Positions 1 through 11,894 of a stretch of 64,000 bases of DNA are shown in pieces. The stretch is from Camelus ferus (lineage: Eukaryota), in the NCBI RefSeq assembly GCF_009834535.1, contig NC_045707.1, positions 56,174,001 to 56,238,000 of the forward strand, read 5' to 3'. A program made the translations under genes and the position numbers. The notes beneath the pieces were generated by a model. It saw only the letters and a program-made list of their open reading frames with translations, was not told where the DNA came from and did no database searches. Within the stretch, counting starts at the first letter, position 1, and the number at the start of each line of letters is the position of its first letter.

Positions 1-23
1 AGTATGTTTGTGGATCCAGCTCC

Positions 24-35
24 ATATATATATAT

Positions 36-74
<39 letters not shown>
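24..74. repeat. Compound (AT)n/(CG)n/(CA)n microsatellite
   Basis: Read directly: atatatatatat-acacacacgcgcgc-acacaca... Confidence 0.95.
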
Positions 75-109
75 AATGCAGCCTATTTTAAATTAAGAGT
101 CAGGGAAGG

Positions 110-549
110 TGTACTGGATTGAATAGTTCCACCCACCCCCCAAATTGATGTCCCTCCCAGAACTCAGAATGTGACCTTTGTTGGAAGCAGGGTCACTGCA
201 GATATAATTAGTGAATATAAGGTCGTGCTGGGGTAGACTGGACCCTAAAGGGTAGACTGGACCCTAAAGGGTAGACTGGTACCCTTATGAAAGAGAAGAG
301 ACAGACAGAGAGAGAGATAGGAGAATGCCATATGACGACACAGATGCACCAAAGAAAGATGGCCCTACAACGACAGAAGGAGACACTGGAATTGTGCAGG
401 AATTCCAAGGACTGCTAATGACTACCCCAAGCTGGAAGGCAGCACAGACAGACGTTCCTTTCAGCCCCTCTAAAGAAACTAATCCTGCTAACACCCTGAC
501 TTGACACTTGTAGGCTTCAGAATGGTGAGAAAATTTCTGTTGTTCTAAG
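110..549 (+). mobile_element. MaLR solo LTR, MLT1B/C-like, 3' end truncated
   Basis: Starts TG. Contains 'cagaatgtgacctttgttggaagcagggtcactgcagatataattag' and 'cctgctaacaccctgacttgacacttgtaggcttcagaatggtgagaaaatttctgttgttctaag', typical MLT1 motifs. Confidence 0.85.
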
Positions 550-2067
550 GTTCAAAAAAAGAAACTGTAAAATTGAACAAAAAATAAAGTCAGTATTTCC
601 TGTAGGTCTCTCCCCCCACACCCCCACAACTCCACATGGACCTTGAAGCAGTAGACGGCTTCTGGTGACTTTGCTTATCTCTGCTTGGACCTACTCTGTG
701 TTGGGATCAAAACACCTCAGCACTCAAATTCTTGGGACCACCTTGCCACAGCCCTCAGAACTAACCACAAAGGAAAATGTGGCTGGATCTGTACTTGATT
801 CTTGCCACAGGCATTTGCAATACTACTGCATTTGCCTTGAAGAATTGAAAGGCTTTTCAAAAAAAAGAAACAACTTTGTTTATGCTCCTCTTCTATTATT
901 CCCAAAACATATATGTAAGAAAAATTGAAAATGGGAACAGATTTGACAGTCTCCTACCTGTCTTTCCTTAGATGGGAAAATTAAACTTTGACATGTTCTT
1001 TGCATGTGGCCAAAAGCACGACATTCAGCTTCCTGTGCTTTCTCTTAGGTCCTGGAATCTCTTATCTCCACTGCGGTCCTCGTGAGCTCTCTGCTTGCCA
1101 ACTCTGATCGCTCCCTCCCTCCTTTTTGCACAGGTTGAGCCTGGGAAATCTAGTGGTCTTCATTTTCACTCCAAATACAAGGCTATTTCTCTAAGGAAAC
1201 GTTTTTTACCAAGTATGCTAGCCTTATCAATCTGATGCTTCTCAGAGTGCAAGGGCTTGCCGTGGGCCAGGTGTAGGTCATGGTAATAGAATTCTCCTTT
1301 ACTTGGGGGCCTTGGACCACTGGCCCCTGAATGAAGCATTTCTGACTACATGCATATCTTGAAAAATCTACATCTATAGTAACACTGCAGCCAAAGAACC
1401 AACATACGATTTATTGCTATAAAATGGGATGCCCAAAACTAAAACCCACAACAAAAACCAGTGGCTTTGTGGTCTCAGTAAGGGCACTGTCAGAAGGAAG
1501 AACTGTTGCTATTAAAAAATTATAGGAAAAGCAGAGACATTAATTTTGCATGTCTTTTATGACTGTGTTTACAATCTGTTATGTTTTAGATAAAGGTCTA
1601 GAAAAGATTTCTCTTCATTTGTGCGCAGCTTAGTTTCAGTGTGCTCCTCCAGGGAAAAAGAATAAGGAAAAATCAAACAAATATGTTTGTGCATAAGGAA
1701 CAAATAATTTGGTTGCCAAAGGGAAATTTCATTAGGTTGAAAGTTATTCTCTAGAAATAGTTTTTGTGAAATCAGGGTTTGCTTTTTCTCTCCTTCAAAA
1801 TTTCTTTGATCTTCTACTTTGTCATTTGTGGAAAAGCTCAATGTCATGAAAAGTATCAAAATATATAATCATTAAAAGCCTTGAGTTCTGAAACAAAACA
1901 TATGTAAAATATCAGGAATTCAAGTTCTTAAAAAAATACCTAATGTATCCAAAAATCAAAGCAGTCTGTTATATCATTAAAATAAAGGCAAAAAGAGCAA
2001 AACATTAATTTTATGTTCCTTTGGAGCAGGAGGATTTAATCTTTCATCTCTAAGGAAACTATGGTTG

Positions 2068-2212
2068 GATGATGGACTTCAGGGGGTCCCTGAGCCTCAT
2101 GAATTTGATTACAAAATTTTAAATGTGGGCATATTCACTTTTTTCTGAGACAAGAGTCTACCATTTCGTCAGATTTTCAAAGGTCCATGACATTTCAAAA
2201 TTAAGATCCACT
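2068..2212. mobile_element. hAT-Charlie-type MITE remnant
   Basis: 'tcagattttcaaaggtccatgacatttcaaaattaagatccact' resembles the Charlie-type terminus (...ggttaagaaccactg). Confidence 0.5.
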
Positions 2213-2724
2213 ACAAAGGAAACTCCAAAGCTTTAAAATAAAATGTTGGACTATGGAACTATTATGGAAGTAATAATTAAATATTAGAAAATAGAAATAT
2301 TTCTTTTCTTTGGATTATGAGAAAAAATTAAGATTTTTGATTAGTTTTCTTTCAACCAAGTAAGGAAGAGAAAAAGAGAAGTAGAATATTTTCTTTCTAG
2401 AAAAGGGTAGTATAGCTACAACTTAGATTGGAGGGCAGAGAGTCAAGGAATCCTAAAACCTCCTGTAAATTTTCCTGAAGTACATGACATATTTCATCCA
2501 ACACCTCCTGATTAAACACAATGCCGCCTTCCGCCAAACTCTAAACTTCTTGAAAATCATCTTCAATTCTCATTCCATTCTCTCCCGTCCTCACTCAGAA
2601 TGTTCACCACTATCTGCTAATGATCTCTGTATTTCTCAAGTTAGATCTCTCTTCAAAGAGACAGGAACTTTGTGCATCTCTACTTTGTGAGTCAACTAGT
2701 TGGGTGTCTAATATAAAAGTCATA

Positions 2725-3381
2725 TCATTATTTTGCATGTGGCTGTCCAGTTTCCCCAACACCATCTGTTGAAGAGACTATCCTTTCCCCATTGTGTATT
2801 CTTGACCCTCTTCTTGAAGGTCAGTTAACTGTAAATACACAGGTTTATTTTTGGGCTCTCTATTCTGTTCCATGAGTCTGTATAACTGTTTTTATGTCAG
2901 TAATATACCATTTTTGATTATTGCAGTTTTATAACATATCTTGAAGTCAGGATGTGTGATACTTCTAGTTTTGTTCTTTCTCACGGTTACTTTGGCTATT
3001 AATTTTTTTTTTGTGGTTCCATATGAATTTCAGGATTTTTTTTCTTTTTCTGCACAACATAGTTGTATAGTCAACAATATTGTACACTTGAAAAACATTG
3101 TACACTTAAAAATTTCAAAATGTAGAATAGATAAACAAGATTATACTGTATAGCACAGGGAAATAGATATAAGATCTTATGGTAGCTCACAGAGAAAAAA
3201 ATGTGACAATGAATATATATATGTTCATGTATAACTGAAAAATTGTGCTCTACACTGGAATTTGACACAACATTGTAAAATGATTATAAATAATAAAAAA
3301 AAGTTAAAAAAAATTTACTAAAAGGGTAGACATCATTTTAAGTGTTTTTACCACATAGAAAAAATTAAATTAAATTAAATT
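2725..3381. mobile_element. 5'-inverted L1: antisense ORF2 piece (2725-~3051) plus sense 3' tail, TSD AAAAGTCATA
   Basis: Antisense ORF2 'ttttgcatgtggctgtccagtttccccaacaccatctgttgaagagact'. Sense tail 'gtcaacaatattgtacacttg...gggtagac...ttaagtgtttttaccaca' then an A-rich tail. TSD at 2715-2724 and 3382-3391. Confidence 0.8.
3116..3308 (+). mobile_element. Young L1 3' end nested in the older L1 tail
   Basis: 'tatactgtatagcacagggaaa...tttgacacaacattgtaaaatgattataaat' plus an A tail. Same tail type as 47800-47960. Flanked by AAAAATTT (3108-3115 and 3309-3316). Confidence 0.85.
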
Positions 3382-4530
3382 AAAAGTCATACCAAAGGAG
3401 CATGTCCTAAACTAAACACATGCTGTTCCTCCCCCTAAACTTGGACTTCCTCCCGTGGTCCTTATCTCATTAAAAGTCTCATCCAATTGCACAAACTAGA
3501 AATTGAGGACCCATTCTTGATACCTCCCTCTCCCCTATCCTCATATTCTATTTTTCACAAATTCCTGCCAGTTTTAAACATCTCTCACATCTTTCTCCTT
3601 TCCTCTATCTCTGCTATCTCCATCCTGATTCAGGCTACCAACATCACTTGTCTGGATGAAGAATACTCCATTCTGCTAGCTTCACACTTTGTTGCTTTCT
3701 TACAAACCATTCTTTCTGTGGCAGCCAGAATTATTATTCTGAAACATAAATCAATAGCCTCCAATAGCTCTTAAGACAATGGCCAAGATGTTTAATGTGA
3801 ATGCAAAATCCTGGCCAATGTTGTCCCTAACTTGTTCCCCATATTGTCTTCTACCATTCTCCTTGTTCAATAAAACCCAGTTTCACTGGTTTCTAGATTT
3901 TGCAAAACTGTGAAGTTCTATGTCTTCTCAAGCCTTTGCACATTTTGTGTTTTGCTTGGAACTTTCATACAACCACATTCTGTGCTTTCCCCATTCCCAC
4001 TTGTTCTCTGAGTTACCATTGTCTTCCTTCAAACCTCAGCACATGTATCACTTCATGAGGAAATTTGCATTGGCTCCTTCCAAGGTTAGTTAGCACTTCT
4101 ACTTCTATGCTCATAGTTTCCTCTAGTTTTTTTCTTTTATAATAGGTGAGACAGTTTGTAATTTTATGTTTGTGTGATTATTTGAGAACTGTCTCCCTCC
4201 ATGTCCCCCTACTTAGCTATAAGCTCCGACACTGTTTGTTTCACATATCAGTGCAATAAAAACAGTTTTATTACAAATAAATATTGAATAATGAATGAAT
4301 GAATGGGTAGTTCTGATCTCTGTAAGGAAACTATACAATATGAGGGTGTGAGCTAAAATGCATAAGGAGAGAGGGTATAGAAAACCCTACTGGCTATCAC
4401 CTTTCCTTTGTTCATGGCCATTTTCATACATCAACAAAGCAGAACTTTCAGCTCCTTTGAGCTGCAGATCTATTTGTTTTATCATTAACAAAAGATAAAA
4501 ATGCCCTTTTGAAAATTTCCCTGAGGATAT

Positions 4531-4960
4531 TGTAGCAGTGTTCCAGCAGGAAACAAAATTCATTTCAAACGAAGAGACTTGTTGAAAAACTTTTCATAGA
4601 AGTACATATGGGAAAATGAAGGAAACAAACAAGGGATGGCGATGCTCCAGAGACCCTTGATACCAAGGGGAAAAGAGGAAAAAAGATGGACCAGCAGCTT
4701 CCCAGTGATCTAGGAGGAACATGGAATCAGCAAATTTAGTAATTTTAAGTAAATTTAGCTCTGAAGCAGGAGGGTGCAGGGGAAAAATACTCTAAGCTCC
4801 ATCTCTTCCCACCTTTATCTCCAATTAGTTGAATCCATTTAGAAGCCAGATGTAAGCAAGTCTGGAATTTGTGGTCCACAGGGGCCAGCCTCTTGTGTAA
4901 ACAATGCATTACAGACAAGAGTGGAGAGTGGATCTGGGGCAGAGTGTGGACACAGGCACA
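4531..4960 (-). mobile_element. ERVL LTR33-like solo LTR
   Basis: 'cagcaggaaac', 'aaggaaacaaacaagggatggcgatgctccagagac' and 'gagtggagagtggatctggggc' match the reverse complement of LTR33. Confidence 0.65.
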
Positions 4961-5337
4961 TATTTTCTACTTATGCCATAAGGGGAAAAGTGTCTCCTTT
5001 AGGAACAGAGCCTTTTATTTTACTACAAGAAAGAGGTGCTTAAAATGTCAAAAGTTCTGAAAGCCTGGAGAAATGTGGTTGACAGTATCTGTGTACTCAA
5101 CAAATCTAGATCACAAAGGTGGGTTAGCCACATAGCAAGACTATAATAAAAATTCAAATTCTTTTAAAACAAAGAATTTTCCACCAAAGCCGAGAGATTT
5201 CTTTAGCTAAAAGAAATGGAAGAATGAATTGAATCAGCAATGAAGAGCTACAGGATGAGTAGCAAAGATATAAATATAGTCATGGAATGAATCTAAATAC
5301 CGGCAGTGCCAACTTGACATTTGTAAGCCTCAGTTTC

Positions 5338-5848
5338 TGTGGTAGGTAGAGTAATGGCCCCCAAAAGATGTCCCAGCCCCAATCCTTGGAATCTGAGAAG
5401 ATGTTGGGTTACATGGCAAATGGGAATTAAGTTTGAAAGTAGAATTAAATTTGTTAATCAGCTGACTTTAAAATATGGAGATTATCCTGGATTATCAAGC
5501 CCAATGTAATCACCCAGTTCCATAAAAGTGGGAGAGAGAGATAGGAAAGAAGTCAGACAGATGCTGTATAAGCAGGACTTCAAAGCTACTATTATTGGCT
5601 TTGAAAATGGAGGAAGAGATCAACAAGACAAGGAATATGGGCAGCCTCCAGAAAACTGGAAAGGAAAGGAAATGGATCCTCTCCTGTAGCATTTAGAAAG
5701 GAATGGAGGCCTGCAGACAGCTTGATTTAGACCAATGAAACCCATGTCAGATGTATGACCTATAGAACTGTAAGATCATATATTTCTGCTATTTTAAGTC
5801 ACTAAGTTTGTGGCCATTTTTTTCCAGCCTCAGCAGAAAACTAATGCA
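5338..5848 (+). mobile_element. MaLR solo LTR, MLT1D-like, full length
   Basis: Runs from 'tgtggtaggtagagtaatggcccccaaaagatgtcc' to 'gaaaactaatgca' with TG..CA ends. 5 bp TSD gtttc/gtgtc. Splits a MIR core (gcctcagtttc|ctcatttctg). Confidence 0.9.
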
Positions 5849-6242
5849 GTGTCCTCATTTCTGAGACAGAGGCCTTTTTCCATCCCCTTTCTTAAATAGG
5901 CTCTTGAGAATAAACTTAAAATATGACTGAACTTCCTCTAAAAAATATATTGTAGGGCTAAGAACTGAGGCTTATGAAATGATGGGCTGTTTCATAAAGA
6001 TGTGTCTTCATTTCTAGTGCAGAAGATGTCTCTAAAAGCCTAGCTGGCTGAATTACAGACAAGTCTGTTAAAAAGATTTTTTCCCTACTTGTGGAGCACA
6101 ACTGCTCTAAATCAATCAGTCAGCTAGACACAATTCTATTTCCTTTCATTAATTATGTATCATTACTTACACTGCTAGTGACAAGAAAAAAAACTGCATA
6201 TGTTAATAAAATTAATTACAAAATACAAACTAAAATCTCTAT

Positions 6243-6619
6243 GTGTTAGGGTAGCTTAGTTAGGGTAACTTAGCATATAGTACCAAATAGACTTTGAAAT
6301 CTCGCATTATAGTCCAGGACAGCTACCCAAGTAGCCAGAGTAACCCTCCTCTGGGCTCTGTCCTTCTCTGCTCCCCCTTCCCCTATGCTTTATCACTGTG
6401 TCCATCCAGCCAGTGGAAGAGGAAAGAGCTTGGAGCAGCACATGGAGGAGGTTTGTGGGCAGGGTCTAGAAGATGCCCGTATCACTTACCATGGATTAAA
6501 ACTCAATCACTTAGCTACATTTCACAACAAGAATACTTGGAAATGTAGTCTAGCTGCATGTGAATCCACAAAGAAGAGAGACCCAATTTGGTGAACAGCT
6601 AGCAGTCTTCACCTCACAC
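6243..6619 (-). mobile_element. Old MaLR LTR (MLT1I/J/K-like)
   Basis: 'ttggaaatgtagtctagctgc...ttggtgaacagctagcagtct' is the reverse complement of the MLT1J-type 5' end. Confidence 0.65.
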
Positions 6620-6954
6620 ACAATGTAACAAAAGCTAAAAACCTGTCACCATCTATACATAAAAAATATGTCTTATTGGTTCAGCTCTGAGACTTCAACA
6701 ACAATTAGCTTTAGTTGTAGTAGGAAAGCCATTGTTTGATGATCAATTGCCAGCAGAAACAGGTTATTTTCTATTTTTACTCTAAGTCCCAGTTCATAGT
6801 TGTTTGAAGATTAAAGTGATTATATACACTTCAATTATCATAAAATTTGGCACACAGTAAGGATTTCATTAAAGTTAGATCTAATATATTGTTGAAATTA
6901 TTGCCACAGTTAAAATTGTCATTAATTTGTGATAGAAAAAAGAATAAAACTGAT

Positions 6955-9900
6955 AAATTAAGATAAAAAATAATAACACAATAGTATGGGACTTTAACAG
7001 CCCACTTACATTAATGGACAGATCACCCAGACAGAGTGACAAAAAATCAATAAGGAATCACTGGCCTTATATGACACATTACACCAAATGGACTTAATAA
7101 ATATATATAGAACATTCCATACAAAAGCCACAGAATATGCATTCTTTCCAAGTGCACATATGTCTCAGTAAATTTAAGGAGACAGAAATTCTATCAAGTA
7201 TCTTTTCTAACCACAATGCTATGGGACTAGAAATCAACAAGAAAAAAAAAATGCAAAAAACACAAACATGTGGAGGCTAAATGATATCCTACTAAACAAC
7301 CAATGGATCATTGAAGAAACCAAAGAAGAAATGGAGAGATACCTGGAGACGAATGAAATTGAAAACACATGATCAAAAACTATGGGCTACAACAAAAGCA
7401 ATTCTAAGAGGAAGACTTTCAGTGATATAAGCCTACCTCAGGAAATAAGAAAAATTTCAAATAAACAACCTAACCTTACAGCTAAAGGAACTAGAGAAAG
7501 AAGAACAAGCAAAACCCAAAGTCAGCAGAAGGAAAGAAACCGTAAAAATCAGAGCAGAAGTAAATAAAAGAGAGATTTTCAAAAAAATACTAGAAAAGAT
7601 TAATGAAACTAAGAGCTGGTTCCTTTAAAAGGTAAATGAAATTGATAAACTGTTAGCCAGACTCATCAAGAAAAAGAGAGGACCCAAATCAATAAAATCA
7701 GAAATGAAAAAGAAGTTGCAACTGACACCACAGAAATACAAAGGATCATAAGAGACTACTATGAACAATTATACACCAATAAAATGGACAACCTAGAAGA
7801 AATGGACAAATTCCTAGAATTGTATAATCTCCCAAGACTGAGCCAAGAAGAAGTAGAAAATATGAACAGACCTATCATCAGTAATAAAACAACTCTCAAA
7901 AAACAAAATTCTAGGACCAGATGACTTCACAGGTAAATTCTGACAAACATTTAGAGAAAAGAGAATACCTGTCTTTCTCAAACTATTACAAAAAATTGCA
8001 GAGGAAGGAATACTTCTGAACTCATTCTACAAGGAAAAGATCATCCTGATAACAAAACCAGATAAAAATATCACACAAAAAAAAGATAATTGCAGGCCAA
8101 TATCATTGATGAACATAGATGCAAAAATCCTCAACAAAATATTAGCAAACAGAATTCATACATTTAAAGAATCATATATGATCATCAAGTGGGATTTATT
8201 CTGGGGATGGAACCATGGAAGAATGGTTCAGTATCCACAAATAAATGTGATACACCACATTAACAAAATGAGAGATAAAAATCATATGATCATCTCAATA
8301 GATACAGAAAATCTTTTGACAACATTCAACGTCTATTCATGATAAAAACTCTCAACAAAGTGAATATAAAGAAACATACCTCAACACACTAAAGGTCATA
8401 TAGGACAAGTTCATAGCTAACATCATACTCAACACTGAAAAGATGAAAGCATTTTTTCTAAGATCAGGAATAAGACAAGGATGCCCACTCTTGTCACATT
8501 GTATTGGAAGTCCTAGTCACAGCAATCAGACAAGAAGAAGAAATAAAAGGAATCCAAACTGGAAAGGAAGAAGTAAAACTATCACTGTTTGCAGATGACA
8601 TGATACTATACACAGAAAATCCTCAAGATGCCACCAAAAAACTTCTGGAGTTCATCAATGAATTTGGTGAAGTTGAAGGATATAAAATTAATATACAGAG
8701 TATGTTGTATATCTATGCACTAACAATGAACTATCAGAAAGAGGAAGAAAACAATCCCATTTATAATCATATCAAAAAGAATAAAATATATAGGAATAAA
8801 TCTAACTAAGAAGGTAAAAGACCTGTAGTCAGAAAATTGTCAGACAATGATGAAAGAAATTGAAGATGACACAGGTAGAAAGACATACTGTGTTCGTGTA
8901 CTGGAAGAATGAATATTGTTTAAATGGCCATATTCCTTAAGGCAATCTAGATTCAATGCAATCCCTATTAAAACACCAACGGCATTTTTCACATAATTAG
9001 AACAAATAATTCTAAAATGTGTATGGAAACACAAAAGACCCTGAAGAACCAAAACAATCCTGAGAAAAAAAGACAAACCTGAAGAAATTATGCTCCCTAC
9101 TTTCACAGTGTACTACAAAGCTACATTAATCAAAACAACACGACACTGCCAAAAAAAAAAAAAAAAAAAAAGACATAAAAATCAATGGAACAAAATAGCC
9201 CAGAAATAAATACACATGGGCAATTAATCTATGACAAAGTAGGCAAGAATAAACAATAGGGAAAAGACAGTCTCTTTAATAGATGGTGTTGGGAAACCAG
9301 ACAGCTACATGCAAAAGAACCAAATTGAACTGCTCTCTCACATTATGCACAAAAAAAAAATTCAAAATGGACTTAAGACTTAAGTATAAAACCTGACACC
9401 ATAAAACTTCTAGATGAAAACATAGGAAGTAAGTTCTTTGACATCTGTATTAGTAATATTTCTTTGGATATGTCATCTCAGTCAAGAGCAACAAAAGCAA
9501 AAATAAACAAATAGGACTATATCAAACTAAAAGACTTTTGTACAGTGAAGAAAATATCAACAAAACAAAAGGCCACATACTGAATAGGGGAAGATATTTG
9601 CAAATGCTATATTTAATAAAAGGTTAATTTCCAAAATATACAAAGAACTCATACAACTCAACATCAAAAATTTTTTTTAAATGGGCAGAAGATCTGAAGA
9701 CATTTTCCCAAAGACATATAGATGGCTAAAAGGCACATGAAAAGATGCTCAACATTGCTAATCATCAAGGAAAGGCAAATCAAAACCATAATGAGGTATC
9801 ACCTCACTCTTGTTAGAATGGCTATTATCAAAAAGACAACAAATAACAAGTGTCGGCAAAGGTGTGGAGAAAAAAGGGAAACCTCGTGCACAGTTGGTGG

Positions 9901-10335
9901 GCATGCAACTTCATGTAGCCAGTACGGAAAACATGGAAATTCCTCAAAAAATTAATAATAGAACTACATATGTTCCAGCAATTTTACTCCTGGGTATTCA
10001 TCTGAAGAAAATAAAAGGACTAATTAGAAAAGATATATGTATCCCCATGTTTACTGCAGCATTATTTACCATAGGCAAGATATGGAAGCAACTGAAACAT
10101 CCATCAATAGATGAATGGATAAAGAAGATGTTTAAATATATATATATAGTATTATATGAGAAGTATAATATTTTATATGAGAAGTATAATATTTTGTATT
10201 ATATGAGAAGATGGATGTTCACTAAACTCATTGTGATCACTTCATGATGTATATAAGTCAAATCATTATGCTGTATCCTTTATGGTGCTTATGTCAATTA
10301 TATCTCAATAAAGCCAGAAGAAACATAAATAAAGT
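6955..10335 (+). mobile_element. 5'-truncated LINE-1: degraded ORF2 (end of endonuclease, RT, C-terminal domain) plus partial 3' UTR
   Basis: GDFNSPL (~6988), [16 protein letters not shown] (8109), [11 protein letters not shown] (RT motif, ~8580), [16 protein letters not shown] and ICIPMFTAALFTI. Many stops and frameshifts. 3' end 'caattatatctcaataaa'. Internal A21 tract at 9151-9171. Confidence 0.97.
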
Positions 10336-10409
10336 TGCTTTGTGTTTTGTAAAAAAGTAATATTAAAAAAAAAACGTATAAGGATAAAAAGGAACTTCCC
10401 CATAACATC

Positions 10410-10808
10410 TGATTAGTAACAAAGCTGGGAATGAGGAACTAACCCAGCCTGAGCCAGAGAATTCTCTCCCAAGGTTTTCTAAATGGATCTTATGGAGAAA
10501 GTTTCTTTTCTTCTCTGGTCATGAAACCTTAAGGATGTGACATCAAAGTTACTGCAACCATCCCCTGTCTCTAGGGAGAAAGCCCGAAAGAACAAGGCCA
10601 ACATCTAGAAAAAAGCAAAAAATAAAATACAATAAAATAGAGAGATGCTACAATTTCAGTTTCCAGTGACCCTGGAAGCTATCCTGTTTATTTTAGTTAT
10701 TTTCATTTTGGGAGCTATTTCAGTATCTTTCCAATAAATCAACCTTTGCACCTTATCTAGCTCAAGTTTAGTTTTGTTACTTGCAACTAAGGAGTCCAAA
10801 CTAATACA
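10410..10808 (+). mobile_element. Old MaLR/ERVL LTR (MLT1J/K/L-like)
   Basis: 3' end 'ccaataaatc...gctcaagtttagttttgttacttgcaactaaggagtccaaactaataca'. Confidence 0.65.
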
Positions 10809-11402
10809 ATACAGATGCAAGTTTTTTGAGGTCTTGGTTTTAAAGTTTAAGAGAAATACTAAAAACCTTCGCTACCCAAGAAGGAAGATGTACTCTCCTG
10901 AAAGAAGGGTAAATGCCAGATAAATACTAAGTAAGTAAGTATTATCTACAGAGAAAAGAATTACTTACAAAGAAAGGAACCAGAAAATTGAAAATTGCCT
11001 CAGGACAATTCCAAACTACCAGCTGTTTTATCAGCACTCAGAGAGCTGTTGATTCCACACGCTGGTGAGCTGGAGAGAGTGCAGAGAAAAACTTCGTTTT
11101 AGCTATCAGTTTCTGTTTTAACTTTATAAGAATTCCTAAGAAGCAGCAGAATTGATTTCATTTTTTTCCCCACTGTCACTGGTTCTTTGAGAGTATTCAT
11201 CAATGACTGACCTGAGAAAGAATACAAAGCCAAAAAGAAAAAGAAAAAGAAAAAGCACAGGCAAACCTGGAAACTTCATCCCAGGTCACTGAATGATGAC
11301 TTGAAAATGGAGAGAGGGAATTATTTAGTTCTCAGAAGGTAGTAGTCTGGAGGAAAAATAGGAAACGCAGATGTTGAGACTAACATTTTGGGCATAATCA
11401 GG

Positions 11403-11894
11403 TGTAGGGAAGGAAAAAATTTCCTTGACCTTCTTGGGGTATGAAAATGAAACTGACAGAGACAGATTAACAGGAGGAAAGGATAAAAAATTATGTTTTA
11501 TGTGACACAGGAGACATCATAGGAAGTGAGGACCCACAGAAAAATTTAGACCTGAGGTTTACGTTGGTTTGATGACGAGAGGGCAGTCATGGAGGAATAG
11601 GGTAGCTTAAAGAGTAAGAGGGAAGTACAGTGAACTGGTGATACTCATCAAGGCCTGTTTGCTTAGATTCTTCTGAGTCCTTTGTTTTTGGAGATAAGGA
11701 TGCTTCTTCCCTCTGGAGATATGAAAAGCACCTTTTACCTGAGAGTTTTATGACCAGTTTCAGGTGAGAAGGAGTGGGGAATGTCACACTGACCTTCTTG
11801 CTTCTGCTGTTTTCTCAGACGTTTTCATTCTAAAATCTTCAGTGAAATGCCAGGGTGCCATGTTTTGGCCTAGCATGTCCAGTACCCCAGCTCA
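11403..11894 (-). mobile_element. ERV1 solo LTR, MER34/MER39-like
   Basis: The reverse complement begins 'tgagctggggtactggacatgctaggccaaaacatggcaccctggcatt...tgagaaaacagcagaagcaagaagg'. TG..CA ends. Confidence 0.75.

Larger units (their letters stand above)
2570..4305 (+). mobile_element. L2 LINE 3' region, interrupted by an L1 insertion at 2725-3381
   Basis: L2 motifs 'accaacatcacttgtctggatgaa' and 'gcagccagaattattattctgaaacataaatc', ending in the L2 tail 'aataaatattgaataatgaatgaatgaatg'. Confidence 0.8.

Noticed and set aside
7382..10247. ORFs with reverse transcriptase motifs as a novel RT system
   Set aside because: They are fragments of an ordinary, frameshifted LINE-1 ORF2.
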